The notes beneath the pieces are model-generated. The model was not told where the DNA came from. It saw nothing but the letters and a program-made list of their open reading frames with translations, and made no database searches. This document shows positions 9,007 to 19,317 of a stretch of DNA of 64,000 bases, one piece after another. Position 1 is the first letter of the stretch; each line of letters opens with the position of its first letter. Location: assembly GCA_963833125.1 (NCBI GenBank), contig CAWHWX010000028.1:64001-128000 (forward strand). Direction: 5' to 3'. The DNA is from Candidatus Bathyarchaeota archaeon. GTDB lineage: Archaea > Thermoproteota > Bathyarchaeia > 40CM-2-53-6. A program made the translations under genes and the position numbers.

Positions 9007-9444
9007 TCAGTTTATTTTCTCAAAATATTCTATGTCGAGAATAGAGCCAATGCGCTTCGATTTTTCTTTAAAGACGACACGAACCTTATCCCCGACCGAA
9101 ACTTCACCCTTCACTTTGTGGATTAACCCGCCATGAGCTGATGGGAACCTAACAAAGGCCACTGTTGTAGGTTGAGGTAATTCTTTTCCCTCCGAGTCCT
9201 GTCTGCAAACAGTGAAGGAATCAACCGTGCCAGTGTTCTCTATTGTCAAATACTCTTCGAGGCTTGACATGCAACGTTCGCAGTAGATTCTCGGAGGAAG
9301 GTAGTTCAAGTCGCACGTAGGACATCTTGTCGCAACCAGGCGGCCGTTATCCTTGATCTCGCGCAGAAACCTCTCGCCTGCCAATCCTACAGTGTAACGG
9401 AAATGTATTGGGAAATCTCCTTCGACTTTTAGTTCAGAGCTCAT
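9007..9444 (-). CDS. DUF35 Zn-ribbon/OB-fold protein (thiolase partner)
   Basis: RCPTC..YLPPRIYCERC followed by GTVDSFT and an OB fold. Confidence 0.9.
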   Translation of the reverse strand: MSSELKVEGDFPIHFRYTVGLAGERFLREIKDNGRLVATRCPTCDLNYLPPRIYCERCMSSLEEYLTIENTGTVDSFTVCRQDSEGKELPQPTTVAFVRFPSAHGGLIHKVKGEVSVGDKVRVVFKEKSKRIGSILDIEYFEKIN

Positions 9445-9449
9445 CTACA

Positions 9450-9959
9450 TCACTTTAGTTGTGTGAAATATTTGATGTCGGTGATCGCGCCTTTTCTTTG
9501 GGATGGCTCAAGCCAGACCGCTCTTACGCGCATGTCTATTCTAACGTTCTCAGGTTTTACTCCGCCTATGAGATGAAGGAAACCAGCGTTTGTCGTGGAG
9601 TCTATTCCGATGACCGCTGGAATGATGGGTGTCTTCACACGTGTAGTGTCTGCTGTAATGTAAGAGATAGAGAATGTGTTTACTATTCCTGTGTCTGGTA
9701 GCTTTATCCAAGAATCCGTTTTCTTGAAGCACCATTCACAGAATATTCGAGGTGGAACTACTATTCGTCCACAATGCTCGCATTTAGTGCCCAGAATCTC
9801 GCCCGCCTTAAGTCCTTTCAGAAATTGACCTATGGCGATTCCCGTTGCCCATGCGTATTTGACCTTAGGCTGATACGCTACGGTGAGGACTTTCTTGCGC
9901 TCGAAATCGTCGTCCTTCAATGCCGTGCCCAAAGGCTGAGTTACTTGTTTCTTACTCAA
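9450..9959 (-). CDS. DUF35 Zn-ribbon/OB-fold protein
   Basis: KCEHCGRIVVPPRIFCEWC, GIVNTFS, VRIDMRVRAVW. Confidence 0.9.
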   Translation of the reverse strand: MSKKQVTQPLGTALKDDDFERKKVLTVAYQPKVKYAWATGIAIGQFLKGLKAGEILGTKCEHCGRIVVPPRIFCEWCFKKTDSWIKLPDTGIVNTFSISYITADTTRVKTPIIPAVIGIDSTTNAGFLHLIGGVKPENVRIDMRVRAVWLEPSQRKGAITDIKYFTQLK

Positions 9960-9971
9960 CGCAAATCATCT

Positions 9972-11148
9972 CTATGCACGCATCACAACTACGGTTCCGA
10001 TCTGCATTAGGTCTCCCCATGCTTGCGCGACCGCAGTTCTCGGATCCCCTGCGACTTGCCGTTTTCCAGCCTCCCCCGAAGTTGCCAAAACAATTCGCAG
10101 ATCTTCATTAATCCAGCCGCGGCGATTGGGTTGCCTACTCCGAGGAGACCTCCGGATGGGCAGATGGGAAGCTTACCATCACGTTCGGTTACTCCTTCCG
10201 CCGTCAGTTTCGGCGCTTCCCCTTTCCTGCATAGAAGCAAGCCTTCCATGTGATGCAGCTCTTTGTAGTCGAACGGGTCGTATGGTTCGGCGAAGTCTAT
10301 CTGTTTACGAGGGTTGCTGATGCCGGCCATTCCGTAGGCCATGCGTGCGGCGTTTGCGACGTATCTGGGGAAGTAAAGGTCACGATTGGTCCAATAGGTC
10401 GTATCGAGGTTCCACCCAACTCCATCAATCCATACGGGGGAATCAGTAATTCGTCTCGCCACATCCTCCGATGCGAGTATCACCGCACATGCCCCATCAC
10501 TCACGGGACTGATGTCTAGTCTTTGAACGGGCCAAGCCAAAACCTCAGAGTCTAGAACATCTTGAAGAGTGACCGCTCTTTGCGATCTGCGCCGACGGAT
10601 GATCAAGCGCGTTTCTCTTGTTCTTAACAGCAACCTGCGCGATTTGTTCTTTGGGAATCTTGTGTCGCTGCATGTATCGTTGCATTTCCAGCGCGAATAT
10701 CCAAATCAGATTTGGGCCCAGCGGACGTTCGATCATGTTGTCGAATATGGTTAGGAATGCGGCCTGAGGATGCGGCAAGCAACTGGACATCTTCTCCTCC
10801 GCTACAACCAGGCACGTATCATACAAGCCCGACGCGACATGGAACCATCCATGGATTGGGCTGAAAACCCCAGTGCCGCCTCCGACGAAGTTTCTTGAGT
10901 AAGGCTTTCCCCATGCACCTGCGCCGTCGAGTAGGTACTCACCTTTCATATGAACCCCGTCAAACACAGTCAGGGGCAGTGCCAAGCGCTACCGACTCAA
11001 TATCCTGTATCCGCATGTTGCATGAGTCCAACGCTTGCCTTACCGCTTCGAAAGCAAGCTCTTTCCCAGTTTCCTGTGCTCGCCGTACGAATTTAGTCAT
11101 CCCAGCTCCAACGACTGCGACTCGTTTCTTTACGAGCATAATCTTCAC
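9972..11148 (-). CDS. SCP-x-type thiolase-fold protein (three single-nt frameshifts, probably sequencing errors)
   Basis: Fragments VAVVGAGMTKF, EEKMSSC, DISPVSDGACA, AEPYDPFDYKE and PSGGLLGVGNP; the restored C-terminus reads AQAWGDLMQIGTVVVMRA. Confidence 0.85.
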
Positions 11149-12295
11149 CTATTTGCTGAGTACAACGACTGCCCCGCTAGCCGTCGGAACGCCCCTCCAT
11201 GCCAGAGCAACTCCAGTTTCAACGCCTTGAACCTGGTGTTTACCAGCGTCTTCTCGAAGTTGCTTGACGAGCTCTATTATCCGCACTAAACCGCTCATCT
11301 CCAGCGTATGGCCCATCCCTATACTTCCCCCGGATGGATTGACTGGCAATTCACCCGCTAAATCGAAAACGCCTTGTTCGAGCATCTCATGCGCTCTGGA
11401 TTTGCCCGCCAAACCAAGCGCTTCTGCATGCTGAAGTTCTTTGTAAGAGTACGTGTCGTCTATCTCTGCGATTTGAATATCTCGAGCCGGGTCTTGAATT
11501 TTCGCTTGGCGGTACGCCTGCTTAAGACGCGAGTTCAGCGTAGGTTGCTTTATCCCAATCACGCGTCTCCAGAGACGGACTATCCGACGCCCATCCCGCT
11601 CCCTTTATCCAAACTGGGTCCTTGCGCAGGCTCCTAGCCGCATCCTCGGCAGCCAGAACTACGATTGCTGCTCCGTCGACAAGCGGCGCCACGTCATCTC
11701 TTGACAGAGGGGATGAAATTGAGTCGGAGCCATCACTACCCTGATCAAGGTTGGCTGGGTTCATGGCGAGTTCGTTTGAGAGGGCGTTTTCCCTGTTCTT
11801 CTCTACAACCCTCTTGCAATCTTGAGTAGTCGCACCGCTAAGATACAGATACCGATTCATCTCCAACCCCGCAACGAAATTGGCGTTCAATCCAAGAGGG
11901 CGATTGTATATTGGATCGAGAGCTAGGTCGTAAATTGGAGAAATATTCACAATGTCGGATACTTTGCTGTGAGCTTCGACGGCCACGATGTCGAATAGTC
12001 CAGTTAGGATCTGCATATACGCCGTCGCTAGACTATACATCCCATCGGCTGAAATCGTGCACACAGGCTTCAGGGCAGCACCGATCTGATCGGGGACATA
12101 TTCATCAAAAATACTGGTGCCTTCGTAGAAGTCCTCAGAAGAACAGACGAAACTTTCAACATCCCGACGAGGGTCGACTCCCGCATCAGCATAAGCCTTG
12201 AGGGCGGCGTCGAAAATTAACTCTTTGTAGGAAACTTCTGGCGTCGTCGGCCTCAACTGGGTAAGTCCGATACCAACAATGCCTACGTTTCTCAG
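11149..12295 (-). CDS. SCP-x-type thiolase-fold protein (one 1-nt frameshift near 11525)
   Basis: VGIVGIG, APLVDGAAIVVL, AEIDDTYSYKE, PVNPSGGSIGMGH. Start approximate. Confidence 0.85.
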
Positions 12296-12451
12296 AAGAC
12301 AACCTCTCCGCCAAAGCAGACATTTAATGTGAAATTTAAGGTGATACAAAACCTGGAAGAAACCGCGACCTCTGGGTGAAGGTTTGCAATATCTTCAATT
12401 ATTGCCATTCGCTCCATCAATCACAGTAACGATCAGAGTAGATGTCACCCT

Positions 12452-13624
12452 ATGGGGAAACCAATCGCTAGCATCGTTTCAGCAGGCATCACGAAATTCG
12501 GGGTTCGCGATGGTTTGTATACTAGGGAGCTTTTCGCGGAGGCAGCGAAGGACGCTTTCGATCAATGTCCTAACTTGAATCCTAGAAGAGACGTTCAGGC
12601 GTTATTCGTTGGGATGATGAGTGACTCGTATGAGCACCAGGCTCACGTGGCACCCTTGTTCTTAGATTGGATTGGGCTCACGCCAAATCCTGCCTTTCGA
12701 ACGGAAGCGGCCTGTGCCTCATCTAGCGTAGCGATGCGTACGGCTTTGTTTGCTATTGCGTCCGGAATGTATGAGGTGGTTTTGGTAGGCGGTGTTGAGA
12801 AGATGACGCATGTGAGCACTACAGGTGTCACTGAAATTCTCGCGATGGCATCCGACTTTCCATTTGAACAGTGGCATGGGATCTCATTTCCGGGTATCTT
12901 TGGTATGATGGCGGTGGATCACATGCATCGTTACGGAACTACAGAGGAACAGATGGCGAAAGTAGCCGTTAAGAATCATGAGAATGGGGCCCTAAATCCT
13001 AAAGCACATTTTCAGAAGCGTATAACCGTGAATGACGTTCTAACCTCTCGGCCCGTGGCTTGGCCTCTGAAGCTGTATGATTGCTGCCCAAGATCAGATG
13101 GTGCCAGCTGCCTCGTGATGACATCTCCGGAGATGGCGAAACGGTTCACCGACACGCCTGTAAACATCATTGGCTCTGGCCAGGCACAGGATACCCTTAG
13201 CCTGTTCGATCGTGAGAACTTCAGTAGCATGAAAGTAACAAGAATTGCAGCGGAGCAGGCTTACAAGAAAGCGGGAGTAGGCCCAACCGATATTGATGTG
13301 GCGGAACTGCATGACTGCTTCACGATCGCTGAACTCATCGCCTATGAAGACTTAGGGTTCTGCGGACAAGGCGAGGGTGGGAACCTAATCGATGAGGGTG
13401 TGACCAAACTCGGCGGAAGGTTACCAACCAACACGAGTGGCGGACTCAAGGCCAAAGGTCATCCGGTCGGCGCAACGGGCACCGCCCAGGCGTGCGAGAT
13501 CTACTTACAGCTCACCAATCAGGCGGGTCGAAGGCAAGTTGCTGGAGCCGAGATAGGTTTGACCGAGAATGTCGGCGGATCGGCGTCGACTGGTGTCGTC
13601 CAAATATACAAGAGGGGAGACTAA
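12452..13624 (+). CDS. Archaeal acetyl-CoA C-acyltransferase (thiolase)
   Basis: EAACASS (catalytic Cys), GGVEKMT, ELHDCFT, SGGLKAKGHPVGATG. Confidence 0.93.
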   Translation: MGKPIASIVSAGITKFGVRDGLYTRELFAEAAKDAFDQCPNLNPRRDVQALFVGMMSDSYEHQAHVAPLFLDWIGLTPNPAFRTEAACASSSVAMRTALFAIASGMYEVVLVGGVEKMTHVSTTGVTEILAMASDFPFEQWHGISFPGIFGMMAVDHMHRYGTTEEQMAKVAVKNHENGALNPKAHFQKRITVNDVLTSRPVAWPLKLYDCCPRSDGASCLVMTSPEMAKRFTDTPVNIIGSGQAQDTLSLFDRENFSSMKVTRIAAEQAYKKAGVGPTDIDVAELHDCFTIAELIAYEDLGFCGQGEGGNLIDEGVTKLGGRLPTNTSGGLKAKGHPVGATGTAQACEIYLQLTNQAGRRQVAGAEIGLTENVGGSASTGVVQIYKRGD

Positions 13625-14077
13625 GTGTCATTGACGACCGAATCCAGCGCGGATAGGGATTCATACATACGGGATGAAAGTGGGGTAATCCTTCCAACCA
13701 TCGAGAACTTCTATCGATTCTGCGGTCAAAGAAAACTGATGGGTGTGAATTGTACTCGATGCCACACCCTATTATGGCCTCCAAGAGGCATATGCCCCAA
13801 ATGTTTTGGAGACAAGTTCGATTGGGTTGAGTTTCAAGGCAAAGGCACGTTGATGACCTATACGATCATTCATTTTCCGCCAACCCAATTCCAAGCTTTG
13901 GCTCCCTATGCTGTTGGGATCGTAAAACTGACGGAAGGGCCGCAATTGCCTGGAATGATTAGATACGTTAAGATGAACGACCTGAGGATTGGATTGAATC
14001 TACAAGTTGACTTTGAAAGCTCAGTACCGAAGGAATGGCCTCGATGGCCTCGCTACTTTTTCAAACCTGTTGATTAA
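13625..14077 (+). CDS. DUF35 Zn-ribbon/OB-fold protein
   Basis: CTRC..LWPPRGICPKC, GTLMTYT, PYAVGIV; directly after the thiolase gene. Confidence 0.92.
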   Translation: MSLTTESSADRDSYIRDESGVILPTIENFYRFCGQRKLMGVNCTRCHTLLWPPRGICPKCFGDKFDWVEFQGKGTLMTYTIIHFPPTQFQALAPYAVGIVKLTEGPQLPGMIRYVKMNDLRIGLNLQVDFESSVPKEWPRWPRYFFKPVD

Positions 14078-14192
14078 CCGGGGGTGCACTCGCCCGAAAA
14101 ACGGTTATTCCTATTGGAATTAATCCGGCCTTAGAATATTAATATGGGAATACCGAGCTGACGGGTCTTGCAAACTCGCTAGGTTACTCAAC

Positions 14193-15143
14193 ATGGTGGA
14201 AGTGCATCTCTCGGGCGTTTTTCCGCGTTCAGAGAAACTCATCGACGCGACCAGAGCGGCCGTCCGCGGAAACCTGCCTCAAGCTGAAGTCGATAGTGTT
14301 CTCCGGCAAGACGTCGATTCACTCGTAGAATTACAAGAAGAGTCCAATCTGGATGCTCTAGTTGACGGCCAATTGAATTGGCAGGATTTGTTTAGGCCGT
14401 TCAGTCAGCTACTATCCGGGATCGAGCTCGGGAGTCTTACACGCTGGTTTGACAACAACACTTTCTACCGAAAACCAATAATCGTCGAAAAGGTCTCCCT
14501 CAAGAGCAAGGACCTCAAACAATTCTTCAGAAGCGACCTTTTACCCAAAGGTTCTCCGAAGAAAGCGATACTTCCCGGTCCATTCACGTTCGCCCATCTA
14601 TCCGAGAACAAAGGCTACTCATCCTTCTCAGATTTGGTAAACGACCTAGCTCGGGCATTGAAGGGAGTTATTGCGTCTCTGCGAGAAAGCGGTTATGAAT
14701 CTTTCCAGTTTAACGAACCTTCCATTTGCGCCCCCGACCGGACACAACAGGAGTTGGAAATTACCAAACATGCCTACCAAACTTGTGCCCAGGGAATTGG
14801 TGGGAGAAGTATTCTGCAGACCTACTTTGGTGATGCAAGCCAGGTGATCGAAACCCTTCTTGATTACCCCGTAGATGCAATTGGAATAGACTTCTACGCC
14901 ACTTCCCTCGACGGCCTGAAGGAATACGACTTCACCAAAATCCTAGGGTGTGGATGTGTTGATGGGAGGAATTCTCTCCTGGAATCACCAAAGGACCTGA
15001 AAACGTTTGTTTCTCAAGCACGAGAGAATCTGGAACCCGTTGATATTCACCTCACACCAAACTGTGACCTAGATTTCCTTCCCGAGACCGTGGCGGAAAA
15101 GAAAGTGCGAATTCTAGGAGAAACGAAAAGGCTGGTTACCTAA
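14193..15143 (+). CDS. Split MetE, N-terminal-like (folate-binding, non-catalytic) subunit
   Basis: SGVFPRSEKL, DGQLNWQD, RWFDNNTFYRKP, LPGPFT; no HxC zinc motif. Confidence 0.85.
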   Translation: MVEVHLSGVFPRSEKLIDATRAAVRGNLPQAEVDSVLRQDVDSLVELQEESNLDALVDGQLNWQDLFRPFSQLLSGIELGSLTRWFDNNTFYRKPIIVEKVSLKSKDLKQFFRSDLLPKGSPKKAILPGPFTFAHLSENKGYSSFSDLVNDLARALKGVIASLRESGYESFQFNEPSICAPDRTQQELEITKHAYQTCAQGIGGRSILQTYFGDASQVIETLLDYPVDAIGIDFYATSLDGLKEYDFTKILGCGCVDGRNSLLESPKDLKTFVSQARENLEPVDIHLTPNCDLDFLPETVAEKKVRILGETKRLVT

Positions 15144-15147
15144 AGAC

Positions 15148-16278
15148 ATGAATAGCAAACTGTTCCCGGTGCAGGAAATCGGGAGTCTTCCAAAGGCACC
15201 TTGGCTTGTGAACTATCTTAGAAGTAAAGACGTCGGCACGTCTGGACTTGACCACCTCTCAAAGTGGTCTAAGGCTTCAGGATTTGAAAACGAATCAGAA
15301 ACACGATCCATCTTAGCGGAACCGAAAGATGCTACAAATAAAGCGCAGCTTCGAGAACTGGCATCCATATTTGCCATACGGTACTTAGAGTCTGCCGGGT
15401 TAGACTGGATATACGACGGAGAAGAAAATCGAATAGAGATGTACGAACACCCAGTGAGGAACTCGGGTGGATTCGAATTCTATGGCCACGTGAGATCCTT
15501 CGACAGTCGGTACTATCGCAAAGCGGCATGCGTCGACAAAGTCTCATTCCGCCAAGCCTACCACCTAAACGAATTCCTCCTTGTAAAACAACATGCGAAG
15601 CGGCGAGTAAAGGTACCCATAACGGGACCGTACACTATAGCCGAATGGTCATTCAACGAATACTATCAGAAGCAACGAGCCAAGGAATACAAGGATTTTA
15701 GGAAACTAAAATTTGAAGCGAAGAGGGACTTCGTGCTAGACGTCGCCAAGGAGATCATAAAACCAAACCTGAAGGCACTCGTTGACGCAGGCGCGGAGTG
15801 GATTCAAGTCGATGAACCCGCCCTGACAACGAAACCCGACGAAGTGCAATTCTTCGTCGATGCCTACAACGAGTGTACAGCGGGAGTCACATCCAAGTTG
15901 AGCGTACACATATGCTTTAGCGACTATCGCCTCCTGTATCCACACATCTTAGGCCTCAAAAATTGCAGCCAACTGGTCCTCGAATTCGCAAATCGCGACG
16001 ATGCTAAAAGATCGGCCTATGACGAATTGAAGCTGCTGAACGAGTTTGGCGACAAGAGGGAAATTGGACTTGGAGTCGCAGACGTTCATGTTGATGACGT
16101 CGAAAGTCCCGAACTCATTAAGGATAGGATAGAATACGCTTCCAAGATTCTGGGGGATCCAGCGAGAATTTACGTAAACCCAGACTGCGGACTGCGCACA
16201 CGCTCGTGGGACGTGGCATATGCAAAACTTACCAACATTGTGAAGGGTGCCGAGCTGGCTAGACATTCACTCTCTTAG
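15148..16278 (+). CDS. metE: Cobalamin-independent methionine synthase, catalytic subunit
   Basis: EIGSLPK, TGPYT, IQVDEPAL, zinc ligands HICFS..E..NPDCGL. Confidence 0.9.
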   Translation: MNSKLFPVQEIGSLPKAPWLVNYLRSKDVGTSGLDHLSKWSKASGFENESETRSILAEPKDATNKAQLRELASIFAIRYLESAGLDWIYDGEENRIEMYEHPVRNSGGFEFYGHVRSFDSRYYRKAACVDKVSFRQAYHLNEFLLVKQHAKRRVKVPITGPYTIAEWSFNEYYQKQRAKEYKDFRKLKFEAKRDFVLDVAKEIIKPNLKALVDAGAEWIQVDEPALTTKPDEVQFFVDAYNECTAGVTSKLSVHICFSDYRLLYPHILGLKNCSQLVLEFANRDDAKRSAYDELKLLNEFGDKREIGLGVADVHVDDVESPELIKDRIEYASKILGDPARIYVNPDCGLRTRSWDVAYAKLTNIVKGAELARHSLS

Positions 16279-16296
16279 GAAAGCGTCAAGCCGTCC

Positions 16297-17160
16297 ATGA
16301 GAATTACCGAAATCATAAAGCGCGGCGACCCAGTTTTCTCCCTTGAATTTTTTCCCCCCAAAACAGCGGAGGAAATGTCTCAACTCTACGCAACTCTCGG
16401 CGACCTCAAAAGCTTGCACCCAGGGTACATCTCTGTTACCTATGGTGCGGGAGGGGGAACGCGCGATAAGACGATCGAGATCGTAACCAAAGCAAAGCAT
16501 GAGCTAGGGTTGGAAAGCATGGCGCATCTTACGTGCGTCGCCAACTCAAAACAACAAATGAAAAACATACTCGACGAACTCGTTCTTTCGGGAATAGAAA
16601 ACGTGGCCGCCCTCCGGGGCGACCCACCAAAAGGCACTGCTACGTTCATTCCGCATCCCGATGGATTTCAATACGCAAGCGAACTGACAGCCTTCATTCG
16701 CAAGTCTTACCCACTCTGCATAGCGGTTGCCGGTTACCCAGAGGGGCATATTGAGTCATCCGACAAAGAAACGGACTGGAGGCATCTGGAAGAGAAGGTT
16801 AGGGCTGGAGCAGATTTCATTATAACTCAATTATTTTTCGATAACCGATATTTCTTCAATTTCGAGAAGAGAATGCGTGAGAGAGGAATCTCCGTACCGA
16901 TAGTTCCAGGGATTATGCCGATAACTAATTACCAACAGATCGTGCGATTCACGAAGATTTGCGGAGCGTCAATTCCTCCACAGGTAGTTCGTGATCTCGA
17001 TGCGATTCAACATAATCCCGACGCAGTGCACGCCTATGGGATCGAGTATGCCACTCGGCAATGCCGAGAGCTCTTGGACCACGGAGTACCTGGATTACAC
17101 TTCTACACCCTGAACCGGTCTAGGGCGACACGTGAAATCATTCGAAGACTAACAGCGTAG
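16297..17160 (+). CDS. metF: 5,10-methylenetetrahydrofolate reductase
   Basis: SLEFFPPK, SVTYGAGG, AHLTC, ALRGDPP, ITQLFFD, HFYTLN. Confidence 0.96.
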   Translation: MRITEIIKRGDPVFSLEFFPPKTAEEMSQLYATLGDLKSLHPGYISVTYGAGGGTRDKTIEIVTKAKHELGLESMAHLTCVANSKQQMKNILDELVLSGIENVAALRGDPPKGTATFIPHPDGFQYASELTAFIRKSYPLCIAVAGYPEGHIESSDKETDWRHLEEKVRAGADFIITQLFFDNRYFFNFEKRMRERGISVPIVPGIMPITNYQQIVRFTKICGASIPPQVVRDLDAIQHNPDAVHAYGIEYATRQCRELLDHGVPGLHFYTLNRSRATREIIRRLTA

Positions 17161-17226
17161 GAATAACTGTGACTCTCTTGAGCCTCGCATTTTTAGAGAG
17201 TTCAGATGTTCCTTCTGTTCACGTGA

Positions 17227-17743
17227 CTACTCAATGGTAATCAGGAGAGAGTCTTTCTTTACCGTCGCGCCTTCTTGAACCGATATGGATTTCACTTTAC
17301 CTGTAACCGGTGATCCAATTTCGTTCTGCATCTTCATCGCTTCAAGAATTAACAAGGGAGTGCCTTCCTTCACCAATTCGTCTTGCTTGACTAGTACGCT
17401 TGTGATGCGTCCAGGCATAAGCGCACGCACTTGGCCACCAATTCCCCTCTGCCTGTGCTCTTCAGGCGAAATTGAATAGCCACCGATTCCAACTGCCTGT
17501 ACCGTCGCGGGAAAAGGCATACCAGTAAGCCAAACATCCACTCTATCGTTTGGTAGGGTGATAGTTTCGGCGCGAGAGGGTTTCATCGGCATGACGAACA
17601 AGCCATGTACTGATCTCACCATTCGATAAGGTTTCTATTTCAAAAACTGCGTCACCCAGCTCAGCTCGAAACTTATCTCTACCGATTTGTTCCACGGAGA
17701 CAGTGTAGAGCGCCCCATTGATTTCAACCCTAAAGGTACGCAA
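17227..17743 (-). CDS. Biotin carboxyl carrier protein (frameshift near 17578)
   Basis: EAMKMQNEI biotinylation motif; N-terminus MRTFRVEINGALYTV is in a second frame. Confidence 0.88.
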
Positions 17744-17744
17744 G

Positions 17745-19251
17745 TTACCGCCTCCCTCCGTTTGATCCAGCCATGAACTCGGTCCTCGCCGCCGTCCTCC
17801 ATCTTGAGGGTCTGATCACTTTCATGCCGTTGCGTTCCGAAGGAGCTTTCGACTTTCGAACAGCCGCGACTACGGCCGCGAATCTCTCATGTTGGAGAAT
17901 GGTCGACTTTAGACGAGGCAGAAACTCGCTGAGGTAGGTTGTGTCGAACTTCCCGCGCTCGAACATTTCATCTCGCATCAATTCCCTGTGCAGAGATATC
18001 GTAGTTGGAACCCCAATAATCTCCGTTTCGTCCAGAGCCACTTTCATTCTCTGTATGGCGTCGGACCTGTTTACGCCCCATGTGGCCAGCTTTGCTATTA
18101 GAGAGTCATAGTACTCGGGGACGCTGCAACCGGAGAACAGGGCAGAGTCCATACGCACCCCAGGCCCATGCGGGGCATGATAGCGGATGACGGTCCCTGG
18201 AGAGGGAACGAAATTCGCTCGAGGGTCCTCTGCGTTAATACGACAGTTTATGGCCCAACCGTTTACTCGAATCTCATTCTGTGATAGCTCCAATGATTCG
18301 TTGGAGGCGACTTTCAATTGTTCTTCTACAAGGTCAATTCTCGTTGTGAGTTCGGATACGAGGTGCTCTACCTGGAGTCGTTTGTTCACTTCAAGGAAGT
18401 AGAATTTTCCGGTCTTTTCGAGAAGGAACTCGACCGTTCCAGCGTTTGTGTAACCCGCTGTGCTTAGCCCCTTCACAGCTGCATCATTCAACTTATCGCG
18501 CTGATCTCCATCTAAAGCCATAGATGGGGCTTCTTCCAAAAGCTTCTGATGTCTACGTTGAATGCTGCATTCGCGCTCTCCAAGGCTAACGACCTTTCCA
18601 TGCCGGTCGGCGATCGCCTGGATCTCCACGTGTCGTGGGCTTTCGAGTCGTTTTTCAATGTAGATTTCTTTCCTGCCGAAGGCTGAAGCTGACTCTAATG
18701 TAGTGATCCGAAAGAATCTGCGGACTTGTTCCGGGTCGCTGGCGACACGCATTCCGTCCTCCGCCCCCATAGACTGCCTTTAGGATTACCGGATACCCAA
18801 TTTCCTGAGCAACCTCCGCTGCTTCATGCTCATCCGCCAGTACTCCATCAGAGCCAGGGATAACTGGAACTCCGCATTCTTTCATGGTCGAGCGGGCTTG
18901 CAACTTGTTATCGAGCTTTTCGAGCGCAGCGCTAGATGGCCCTATGAAAGTTAGGCCGTTTTCGTCGCAGGCTTTCACGAAATTCGAGTCTTCAGACAGG
19001 AAACCGTATCCTGGATGAACTGCATCGCAATTGGTTTCCTTGGCTGCTTTGACAAGTTTAGGAATGTTGAGGTATGTTTCAGTTGGGGTCGAACCGGGAA
19101 GAGGGTAACGTTCGTCGGCGTATCGTAGCGGTAGTGATTCGCGATCAGCCTCAGAATAGACAAGGACAGTGGGTACGCCGAGCTTGCGGCAGGTCCTGAT
19201 AATGCGAAGTGCGATCTCTCCCCTATTAGCGATGAAGAGTTTCATCTTCAC
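17745..19251 (-). CDS. accC: Biotin carboxylase subunit of acyl-CoA carboxylase (frameshift near 18757)
   Basis: IANRGEIA, HPGYGFLSE, GGGG(R)GMR, RECSIQRRHQK, EVNKRLQVEH, RINAEDP, YYDSLIAK. Confidence 0.92.
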
Positions 19252-19317
19252 ATTATATCGACCAATCCCTCACGGCAGTTGAATGAAGGGCAGTTTCGGC
19301 GACAATCGAAGATTAAA

